Below, one piece after another: positions 30,516 to 41,712 of a stretch of DNA of 64,000 nucleotides. The translations under genes and the position numbers were made by a program. This stretch comes from Chrysomallon squamiferum. Lineage: Eukaryota; Animalia; Mollusca. Numbering within the stretch: position 1 is the first letter of the stretch; every line of letters begins with the position of its first letter. The stretch is taken from NCBI GenBank assembly GCA_012295275.1, contig CM022675.1, forward strand, positions 10,726,001 to 10,790,000, given 5' to 3'. The notes beneath the pieces are model-generated. The model had not been told where the DNA came from, ran no database searches, and saw only the letters and a program-made list of their open reading frames with translations.

Positions 30516-30521
30516 TTTATT
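30516..30521 (-). terminator. Candidate Dfd polyadenylation signal
   Basis: First AATAAA I found on the minus strand after the stop codon (about 510 nt downstream). It is followed by a U-rich (TTA)n tract. Confidence 0.4.
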
Positions 30522-31030
30522 GCAGGATATTATAAACAATGATGCATGACAACGATTGGTTACCCTGATTGTTAATACCAAGTTAATATTTCACTCAAAT
30601 TGTCATGGTATTATTGAAACTTCATGGTAACGGTAGAGGCAGAAAATAACTTTTTTTTCAACATGTTTTAAAACACATCGTCTTTCTCTATACTGAAACT
30701 AACTATTTTACTCAACTAAAGGCGTAAGTATGGACGGCAGCTCTGTCTTTTGTTTAACCACTGACTAGCTGTACAAAAACACAAAAAATCTGTGATGACG
30801 TCATACATGACGTCATTCCTCTTGTCACATACCCTTTAGCAACGTTTCGGTAATGTGACGACTTCGAAGATGCCGTCATTAAATTTTCCTCGTGACATTT
30901 CCAATTGGTAAATCTCATTTGGTATTGCGATGACGTCATACATTACGTCATTTTTAACCTCATGCGAAATTTCCAATTTTTCATTAGCAGTTCATTTCAC
31001 GACAAAATTAATACATACTTCCACAAATTT

Positions 31031-31335
31031 TCACAATATTGTTAAGTCAGAATGCGAAAGTTCAAGGCCGTTGCTATTGTCAATTCCTCCGTCTAGCATC
31101 CGGGTTTTTGTGTTTGGCATTTTGTGTTCTTTCTTCCACTTCATTCTGCGGTTTTGAAACCAGATTTTTATCTGTCTCTCAGACAGTACTAAAGTGTGTG
31201 CAATCTCTATTCGCCTTCGTCTTGTTAAATATCGATTAAAGTGAAATTCCTTTTCCAGTTCCAGAATTTGATGTCTTGTGTAGGCGGTCCGGTTCCGTTT
31301 CGATTCAGGCATCAGAGATGAACTGTTACTGCTGC
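31031..31335 (-). CDS. Dfd: Hox4/Deformed exon 2 (homeodomain exon)
   Basis: Minus strand reads TTTATTTCCAG|GC AGC AGT... (acceptor AG = 31337-31336) and encodes (G)[78 protein letters not shown]...TIL*, with TGA at 31033-31031. The homeodomain spans about 31124-31303 and is followed by the paralog-group-4 diagnostic (L/M)PNTK parapeptide. Confidence 0.97.
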
Positions 31336-31561
31336 CTGGAAATAAATAAATAAATAAATAAATAAATATTAAAATAATAATAATAAAAAACAAATTACAT
31401 GAATAAATAAAAAAAAAAATAATAATAATAATTAAATAAATATATAAATAGACAGACAGACAGACAGACAGACAGAGTCGGATAGAGAAATATTACAGTA
31501 TGAATTAGGATTGTCTTTCTGTGTCTTTCTGTCTATTTCTCTGTGTGCCTTACCGTTCTCT

Positions 31562-31641
<80 letters not shown>

Positions 31642-32031
31642 ATTATGATGGAAACTAAAGACTAAACGCATTATTTATACTTGTGACAGACTGTTTTCAT
31701 TCTTCCTAAGATAAACATTTTATTGTTCTAATTATTTTCCTCAAATTCATTTTTTTTTTTTCCTAATGAAAATAAGTACAAATATGACTGGTAGGTTTTT
31801 TTAGAATAAAAAAAAAAATTAAGTACATAGTATTATTTTAGTATTAAAAAGAACAAAAACAAAAAAAACCTATATCAAATAGAAAAACAAATGAGGAGAG
31901 AAACGTTGTTTTTCAGTGACCAGAGATTTGGTGTGATTTCTATTTACTAATCCTTAATTATAAACAAACACACGAACAAAAAAAAAACAAAAAAACAACT
32001 AAACTAACAAACAAATAAATAAACAATACCA

Positions 32032-32118
<87 letters not shown>

Positions 32119-32129
32119 TGTTCCTCACA

Positions 32130-32148
32130 TGACCTACAGGTGGCACTT
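32130..32148 (+). promoter_or_regulatory. CTCF-like motif
   Basis: TGACCTACAGGTGGCACTT compared with the consensus TGGCCACCAGGTGGCGCTA. Confidence 0.5.
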
Positions 32149-32761
32149 AGTATCAACGACCTAATATAAAAGAAGATCAAGAAAAAAAAAAAAGAAGATA
32201 AAAAAAAATATATATATACAATAAAAAAATCACTTGTGCAAAAATATCACAAGTAAACGCTTGGCGCCAACAGGCAAAGCACGCAGGTCAGGAACTCCGC
32301 TATTCCTTTTTTTATGTCTTCCACCATTAGCCCCGCGCACCAGCATTCACAGCGGAGGCACAATAACGACTTGTATTTTACGACACGAGAAGCTGGCTTG
32401 ACTTTTATTATAGCATTTTTATGTTCCAGTGAAGTGCGGGACAGTATTATTATGCGTGCTGGGAGATGGAAGAGCCCGCGAACATAAAAAAAAAAATCTT
32501 GAGACATGTGGCATTTGCTTGGGGAGAAACGACGAGACATTCTAGTCAAGGTTAAGAGAGCGTTCGGCTAAACTCAAAGACGTCGTCTTTCCATTGTTTA
32601 TTCTCGAATCATTTAGTCCAAGGGATTACTGTTAAGCTAGCTATTTGTAAGAATTAGGAGCGGTGGAGACTGGATGTGAATGATGTCTTGTTTGTTAGGA
32701 AATATTATAGTTTGGATTACGACCCTGTTGGTCTGTGTTTTTTTTCAGACTTCTTCTGTGT

Positions 32762-32823
<62 letters not shown>

Positions 32824-32858
32824 TTATCTTTCTCTAACACTCAGTTTCTTCTCTCTCT

Positions 32859-32916
<58 letters not shown>

Positions 32917-33190
32917 GTCTCTTTCTGTGTCTGCCTATCTTTTTCCATCTCTCTTATCTTTACTATGGATGTTTTTAGAACAAATATGCAGAACCATCTT
33001 CAATAGTAAAATAAAAGATGCTTAGTGTCATCTGATGTATCGTTTGTGGTTTCTTATTGTTAGATTTCTATGCTATAGCTCGGAATGGTTCAGGGTAATA
33101 ATAATACAGAGCAACAAACTTCCGATAGTACTAAGGTGGAAATAACTGACATGAAAAGTCCAGTAGGAATTGTTAGATAAGGTTAAGAAA

Positions 33191-33290
33191 AGTCGGGATA
33201 TTTCGGAAGACATCGACAGAGGTCGGAAACGTGTCGTCAAAGGTCGGTACATGTCGGAATATGTCGCGAAAGGTCGCGAAAGGTCGGAAA
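33191..33290. repeat. Degenerate 10-bp minisatellite (consensus about AAAGGTCGGA) in the Dfd intron
   Basis: TCG starts at 33193, 33203, 33213, 33223, 33234, 33244, 33254, 33264, 33274 and 33284. Confidence 0.85.
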
Positions 33291-33935
33291 TTATTTCTGT
33301 ATCTCTAGGAAAATCGGACAACTGGCGCAAAATAAGGGGAAAAGGTCGGAAAATATAGTAACGAACAAAGTTTCGGGCAGGAAGAAGTAGATTTTCAGAA
33401 AAGTGTTTAATTAGTGCAAGTGTGATAGGTTAGAGCAATAAATATTGTCTCTATAGATCTCTGATTAATACAGTAATTTTGAAAATGAAATCATCTACTT
33501 TTATTCTTTTTGGTTCCTTTATTATTATCATATCATATCATATCATATCATATTATATTATATTATATTATATTATATTGTATTATATTATATTACATTA
33601 CATTACATTACATTACATTACATTATATTATATTATATTATATTTCGTTGTATTACTCTGTATTGCATTATACTCTATAATTTTATAAACCCGGCGCTTT
33701 GTATTCATAACACGTGCTTTTCGCAATCAAGCGTTTATCGAGTTTCAGTCCCTCGTCCCGTATCGTCTTACGACGTATCAATAACACAAACTCTCTGGCG
33801 CTCGAAAGTCACCGAATGTCAATCGATTTGAAAACAAAGTCATAAAACGTCACATGAATAATTAAATCTCTTCAATTATGAAATTGCTGGCTACCTGGCT
33901 GTTGAGAATGCAATTAGCGGGTTTAATTCTCTAAA

Positions 33936-33971
<36 letters not shown>

Positions 33972-34203
33972 TCTGTTGATGAAAACAGCATGCACCAAGT
34001 GTATTTGATATTTTATGACATAGACAGACAAAGTGCCACATATATATATAACAACAATAGACTAAAGTGTAGACAGTCTGCTAGATATTTACGTATATTT
34101 ACATGCATATGTACATACATACATGCATATTGAATACATGATATATACATACATTCATTCATATATACAGACATATATTATATATATGTTTATATGTATA
34201 TGC

Positions 34204-34238
<35 letters not shown>

Positions 34239-36836
34239 TACACACATTTACGCATAATAACACATATTCAGATATATAAACTCTTTGAAAACATCACCAT
34301 TACATGAATTTATCTGTAGAAAATATATATATTTCTATAAAATATATCACAACTATTTCATCTATTTCCAGTTATTTATACACTAAAGATAAACCTGTAT
34401 TGAACGTGCAAACCTAATTGGTATTTTGCTTCATCTTATTCTCATAACAAAGGTAAAAAAACGAAAGCCCAAATCTTCATCTATATAGAAGAATATTTTT
34501 AAGATAAAACATGAGCTAAGTAAGAAACTTCTGAGGTGTTTGTCACGTAGGTTCAATGGTTTGAATGATCCACGGATAGTTGTATAGTTTTACTTATAAC
34601 GAGGATATCAATACTAAAAGGGAAATTTGTATTGGAATATTTTATTTTATGATTAACGTCTTCTTTTTACACGTAGTGTTTTTTTTTTTTTTTGTTCTAC
34701 TGCAGCTAATAACAGCACTGCCACTGATGAAACTGGTACTATCACCATTGCTGTTGTTGTTGTTGATGATGATGATGATGATGATGCTCTACTCCTTTTA
34801 TTAACTGCTGTTGCTCTTCTTCTATTCATCATCATTGTCTTTTTTCTTTGTTAGTATCATCTTATTCATCATCATCATCATTTCTTCGTATATCTGTTTC
34901 CTTTTTTTCACCATCATCATCATCAACATCATCATCAACACCATTATCAACATCATGCCCATGCTTCTTTTCCTTCTGCGTTTCATATCACCTAAGATTA
35001 TAGCGATTATCGTCAGAATAATCAGCATCAACTTCTTCTTCTTTTTTCTTCTTCTTCTTCTTCTTCATCACCTTTTTCTTCTTTTTCTGTCTTCCCTGTT
35101 TCTTTATCTCGACAACTGTCCATGTCAAGGAAGTTTATATTTCAGTTTAACTGCCTGTTCAAGATTCTAACCTCGTCTCTCATTTTCGCTGGCACGCGAA
35201 TAACAAACATAATATGACAGATATATGCGTCAGTTTTTCCTCTTTTATTTTTATTTATTTTTTGCTTTTTTTAAACACAGGAAATTTTCCTACTTTTTTT
35301 TTTTTTTTTTTTTCTGTTGGCCAATTTATCAAGAACTCTTAAATACTTTAATCTTTGTGACCGAAGTTTTTGCTTTTTAGCTGGCTGAAGGATAACTGGA
35401 TCTATTACAGGACCGAATCATACAGTGTGAACATTGCTTGCTAAGTTATATCAGATTACTGAAAATATAATGTCGTATTTATGATTGATATATAGATTAA
35501 TTAAGCTACTTTTTCTCCTTTTTCTCCTATTTTTTTTTTTTTCTTGCAAAGCATTTGGCTTGTTCCTGTGTTTGTTTAATGCTCATTTTTGTTTTATTAG
35601 AAATAACAAATATTTTGAAATTTACATTCACCATAGTAATGACAACACTGTTCCGTTTGAAATTTAGGTGTTTTGTTATACTGAAACAGATAGATACTAT
35701 GGTATGATTTTTTTCTGGCGTTTTGTTTTACATTACAAAGTATTATTAATTATAAATCAATAAAAAAAAAAAAAAAAAAAAAAAAATAAAAAAAACTTTA
35801 CCATTCATCAAAATTAAACTGCAAATAAAAGACAGTGTTATAAGGCCACGCACACATAAACGCACACACAAGAACACATACGCACACAAAATACACAACC
35901 ACATTTGCACGCAAGCTTATACGCCAGACACAAAGAACACGCACTCTCAGATACACTTCCACATACGCACACACGCACACACGCACAACAAACAAACACA
36001 CTAACATAATTTATATTTACAAAGGCCATACATCTACTCACAAACATGCACTCGCACATGCACGCAACGCAACACGAGACCAGACACGTGTTGTAACGTA
36101 TTTATCTCACCTATAGATTAACAATTATTATTAATGAAATAATTCACCTTCTGACATTTTTATGTTTATTACTGCTACCAGACACTGGTCTGTACTCGGC
36201 AAATAAAGTTCTTATTAATCACGGTGATATATTTAAACTGTTCATAATTTTCAGACACTTAAGCGTTGAAATTATTTTCTAGATGTTGACAAGAACTGAA
36301 AAAAAGCAGTTTTATTGCGATCCTTGAGATAGTGAAGACATTTATTTTTGAAATTTGTCATGACACGTGAAAAATTGCATAATGAGAAATTTAATATTAA
36401 TATAATGTCGATTATCTAAATAAAAAATAAAATAATAATAAATAAAATAAAATAAAATAAAATAAAATGAATAAAATAAATAAAAAATAAATAAATAAAT
36501 AGTAATAATTATGTTTTGATATAAATAATTTGCTCAATAGTTGTTTTAATGCAGTGAAAAAGGTTATTTATAATATTAATCTTATAATCATTTTGTTTTA
36601 ATAATAAAATGGGAGCATGGAGTTATAAATTGTCAGCTTCTTGAATAAAACAGCTGAATAAAGTTGAATTATAATATTAATATATGTTGATGAATGCAAT
36701 AGTAAAATGATCACAAAACGCGAATAATAAAATATTGTATACTGATTGAAAAAAAAAAAAAAAAAAAAAATAAACATAAAATAAAATAATAACAACAATA
36801 ATAATATATCAATAGCAACAACAACAACAACAATAG

Positions 36837-36888
<52 letters not shown>

Positions 36889-37459
36889 ATATATAAATAG
36901 TAATTAACATTAAAATTACAAATAAAATTAAAATTAAAATTAAAATTAAAAATTAAAAATTAAAACATTGGAAAGAAAAAAAAAAAAAAAACTATGATAT
37001 TAATTTTATGTTGTTTTTTTATCTAAAAATAAAGTTCTTGAACCCCATCCACGAATTGTTAAAACCTTGAATCGTAGCCCTAATACTGTGTTGTCTAGAT
37101 CTGCCGGAATAACTGATAAATTACTGGAAAAAAAAGTTAATGGTTTGTTTGTAGATTAAACAAAATTCATGCTCCGTGGATATTAGATTTTTATTTTCTA
37201 ATTTGTTATACCAATGAAATATTACATTAAAACAGGAAGCAAATGAAAATGTAAATAAATAAATGAATAAACAAACAGTGAAAAAGTAAGTAAACAAATA
37301 TATAATTAGTAAAAAATGATAAATTGTAATAAACAATGACATAAAAACATGAAGTAAAATAAAACAGAGGCAAAGGAAAGAAAAAGAAAAAAGAAAGAAA
37401 AGTAAAACTCATAAAAATATAGAGCTTTGTTTCTGGTGAAAAATCAAAATATAAAAAAA

Positions 37460-37501
<42 letters not shown>

Positions 37502-37524
37502 GTACTAATTTCACGGTAATACAC

Positions 37525-37559
<35 letters not shown>

Positions 37560-37933
37560 TTTGTTTAATTATTTTATTTTATTTTATTTTATTTCATTTC
37601 ATTTCATTTCATTTCATTTCATTTTATTTTATTTTATTTTATTTTATTTTATTTTATTTATTAGTTTGTTTATATGTTTGTTTGTTTGCTTGTTTGTTTT
37701 TATTTATTTATTATAGGAAAACATAAAAATAAAACTGAACTGTCAAAGCGGGCAAAGTGCAGTAGTGGTAGTCGTAATGGTGCTGATGAAGGTCACATAA
37801 AATAAATAGTCTTTACAGGAAAAGTGACAGTGGTTGATGTTAACTCTAACAGTAGCAGTTTTGTAGTAATAACAATAGCGACAACAGTAGCATCGTATAT
37901 TAATAGTGGTCGTTCTATTAGTAATACTGAATG

Positions 37934-38226
37934 GTAGTAGTAGTAGTAACTATTACAGTAGTAGTAGTGATACTAGTAGTAGTAGAAGTAGTAGTAACAA
38001 TAACAGTAGTAGTAGTAGTAGCAGTAGTAGTAACGGTAGTAGTAGTAGCAGCAGTAACAGTAACAGTAGTAGTAGTAGTGATACTAGTGGTAGTAGACGT
38101 TGTAGTAACAATAACAGTACCAGTAATAGAGGTAGTAGTAGTAGTAGTAGTAGTAACCGTAGTAGTAGTGATACTAGTGATAGTAGAAGTAGTAGTAACA
38201 ATAACAGTAGTAGTAGTAGAAGTAGT
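37934..38226. repeat. (AGT)n-based repeat with a higher-order unit
   Basis: GTAGTAGTGATACTAGT...GTAGTAACAATAACAGTA recurs three times (near 37961, 38071 and 38161). Confidence 0.85.
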
Positions 38227-38936
38227 ATGTGTAGTCGTATTATTAATGCAGTAGTTATAGTTGTCATAGTAGCAAGAGAGGAATAGCAGTTGTTGTCGTG
38301 GTGGTATGGTACTAAAAGACGTAGTTGTTGTAGCAGTTGCAGCCACAGCTGTAGACGTACCAGCGATAGTGGTGATGGTTTTTAATAACAGAAATGTAAC
38401 ATAAACTAGTGACGGTTACAGAAGATCAGAAGTTATTACTGCTAGTAGCAACAGCAAAACAATTCCTCTTGAACCAGTATTGTGAGACAACGTGAATGAT
38501 GACAAAAAACGCCAGCAAAATGATTTGTGGAACAAATATCTGTTTTTCATTACGTTATGGATTTCTCACTTGTATTGAGTTATAAATATGTCAGTAAGGC
38601 TGCACGCTTCTCTTCAAATCTATTACGTTTTTTTTTGTTGTTTTTTTTTTTTCTGCGATAACGGGACCCAAATGCCATTATGAAAATTAACCGTCTGGGT
38701 TCGTAATCACGGCAAATGGAAATAATTCCCGAAACCCAGGTTATCTTTTACCTGGCTATCAAGTGACCTTTTGTTTGTTTATCGGTTTTTAACACCATTC
38801 TGTTTCATATTGTGATTAACCTGTATGTGACTGTGTGTGACTTTATGTGATTATGTGTGATTGAAAGGGAATAAGAGAGATTGAGTGATTGAGAGACCCA
38901 CATAAATGGAGAATAAAAAAAAGAAGAGAAACAGAT

Positions 38937-39032
<96 letters not shown>

Positions 39033-39967
39033 ATAAACATAAATCTAGTTTGCTTGTGACTGATAAATGCTATGTGAGTATTCCAACACATTTATCAGTA
39101 ATAATAATAATCAGTATATAATAATAAACGGATGTGAGTGTGAGTGTACATATATATATATATATATATTTCATGATGTTCTAACGTCATTTCTTTACAA
39201 AATAATTCAGTAAATTTCAGTTGATTTTCATCTTTCCTACACTAATTTTAATCAGACCTATTCTAAGAGAATGTTTTGAATTTCAAAGAAATGTACTTAT
39301 GACTCAATAAAAATCAGAATGCTATTAAAAAAATAATAGCTTTGTAATGATATGTCATAAATAACTAAACTGTTTGGTACTGCATTTCATTTCTTTTTAA
39401 TTAAGCATTTCATTAATCTTAATAAGGAATCTGATAGGCCTACATGCTTCACATCATATCATACAGTGTCACAGAGTTTAATTTTATACTGTAATCGAAT
39501 GCCTACCTACTTTTAACTGAATCTGTGTATTAATAAGCTGTGCTGTGGGTCTTATATCAAAGTGAATGTTTTTTAAAATCGTCTATCTTTTATACGTTAT
39601 ATCGCACTTCAATCAAACATCATAGTTCAATGTATATTTACGAAGAATATTAAAATGTTTCATTTCCATACGTAATTTTCAGGGGTTCACTGAGATTCTG
39701 AAAATAACTGAGTTAATAGTCAAATTTATTACTATTACTGCTGCTATTACTTCTATTTTTTTTCTACTATACTGTTACCAGCAACGCAGTCACCACTACC
39801 ACCTCAACAACAACTGCTGCTACTACTACTACTACTACGACTACTACTATTACTAACTACTGTTGCTACCACTGCTGCTATTACTATTAACTACAACTAC
39901 TACAACTGTTTTCCCTGCTGCTGCAACTGTTATTATTATCGGTACTTATTTATAAACTTTATTTTTA

Positions 39968-40038
<71 letters not shown>

Positions 40039-41137
40039 TTAAAAGTTTTAAAATCAGATTGAGACATGGTTTATGAAATAATTATTTTTAATTTATTCCA
40101 GTTTAATATAATTTAATTATTGTTTATTAAATTGTTTTTAAAATATATTTATATTTTGTATGCTTTTCATTATATTTAAAGCCACAGTTATCAATGCTTA
40201 ATACAATTAGATACAGAAATATTTTTATTTTCTTTGTCTTGACACTGAAACTGTATTGAAGTTGTGTAATAAGTAAATAAATATGTAAATAAATAAATAA
40301 ATAAATAAATATATAAATAAATAAATGATTATGAAGCAAATGCATTATTCTGTTAACAAAATAAATTAATGAATTAAAACTGACAGTTTATTTAAAATTT
40401 AAATAAAACTGAAATTTAAATTATTATATTCTAATAATATCATTAAATTTAGTTATCTAGATGTAAAAAAGCTACTACAGAATTTATATACAGAACAAAA
40501 GTTGTGATGAGTTTGATATTGTTTAATTTATAATAGGTAAAATATAACAACTTTTATGAAATTATACCTGGAAAGTTAAAGAAAAAGAAAATAAAAATAA
40601 ATGAATTTTTAATTTATATTTCTTTCATCAGAAACATAAGGAAAACAGGAAAAATAATAAATAATTTCTTTTTACACATGTTTTTCAAAGTTGATATAAA
40701 TATTCCTGTAAGCGTGTATTTTTGTGTAATAAACATGTACCATAATTTAGTATTTCATTGTCTAAGTTATATTATACAGAAAATATAAATTAAATTTCAT
40801 TAAAATTAATTTTACAATACAAATATCGTCGGATTTCTTTATAATTAATTACAGCAAACAAGAAACATAAAATGATAATTATAATCAATTATAGAATCAC
40901 CTTCAGTAAAACTAGTAATAGAATTAGAAAATTTTGAATAAAAAAAAAAATAATTAAAAAAATTTAAACAGTGTTAAACGTAATTTTTCTAGACTTTGTA
41001 GATTACTTGAAACTGACAACTGAAACACGACATTATTATCTTCTTCTTCTAAAACCACACTTTTAACAGGTGAAAAAAACAAACACACACAAAAAACAAT
41101 CACACGAAAAATAAACACTACAACCCATCATCCTTAC

Positions 41138-41593
41138 CTGGCACCTGAGATTTCTTCATCCACGGGTATATAACCGGGTGTCCGTTCTTCTTCGCTCTGC
41201 TCTCCCCGACCCCCCCACCACCACCACCACCAGTAGCGAGGTGTGGCTGAACAGTGGGGGAGCGGCAGCACCGCCGGCACACGCCGAGGGCGGGGAATCG
41301 TTGGGCGGGGGGCTGGGGGTGAGCGTCGCCTGCGAGTAACCACCGTTCGTGCAGTGAGTTACGACGGGCACGGACGCAGACAGCGAGGCACAGCTGTACG
41401 CAGACGTAGCCGCAGTCTTGTCGTCCTCGTACCTCCTGGGATCCGCCGGGGTGTATCCGTAAGCGGCGAACGTCCCGCGGTAGAAATCCCCTCCGTGCGT
41501 CGGTATGTAGTTCGACTGCGAGTACTCCTCCAGCGGTGGGAACTTCGGCTCGGGGTAGGGAGTCGGGTTCATCAAAAAAGAACTCATGGTCAT
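41138..41593 (-). CDS. Dfd: Hox4/Deformed exon 1 (apparent 1-nt frameshift near 41256-41260)
   Basis: Starts MTMSSFLMNPTPYPEPKFPPLEEYSQSNYIP (the Hox4 N-terminal motif; ATGs at 41593 and 41587) and ends ...NGHPVIYPWMKKSQVP-G|GTAAG (donor GT = 41137-41136, phase 1, matching exon 2). The two motifs are in different frames as given. Adding one base gives a 253-aa protein. Confidence 0.92.
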
Positions 41594-41687
41594 TAATTTT
41601 GGCCGTATCGGCAGTAAATAATTCGCAGTCGCTCTCCGCAAGCATTGCAGTCAGCTTGGCTCCTCCCGCCTCGAAACGCATCACCTG

Positions 41688-41712
41688 GTCACGTGAGCGC
41701 GCCGGCCAATCG
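41688..41712 (-). promoter_or_regulatory. Dfd proximal promoter: E-box plus CCAAT composite (USF/NF-Y type)
   Basis: GTCACGTGA (CACGTG at 41690-41695) is followed 10 bp later by CCAAT (41706-41710), about 100 bp upstream of the Dfd ATG, in a CpG-rich island. Confidence 0.7.

Larger units (their letters stand above)
31336..41137 (-). other. Dfd: Dfd intron (9802 bp, phase 1, GT-AG)
   Basis: CAG|GTAAG donor just after YPWM and TTTCCAG|G acceptor just before the homeobox. This is the canonical Hox intron position and the phases are compatible (G+GC = Gly). Confidence 0.9.

Noticed and set aside
30754-30939. 61-aa ORF with repeated MTSS downstream of Dfd
   Set aside because: It is simply the translation of the ATGACGTCA palindromes.
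33073-33358. ORFs over the 10-bp periodic repeat, or a CRISPR-like array
   Set aside because: A 10-bp period is not codon-compatible, there is no repeat-spacer structure, and the context is eukaryotic.
41143-41144. Alternative donor CAG|GTGCCA 7 nt upstream of the main donor as a fix for the frameshift
   Set aside because: The MSSFLMN frame already stops at 41158-41156, before either donor, and using it would not restore YPWM in frame.
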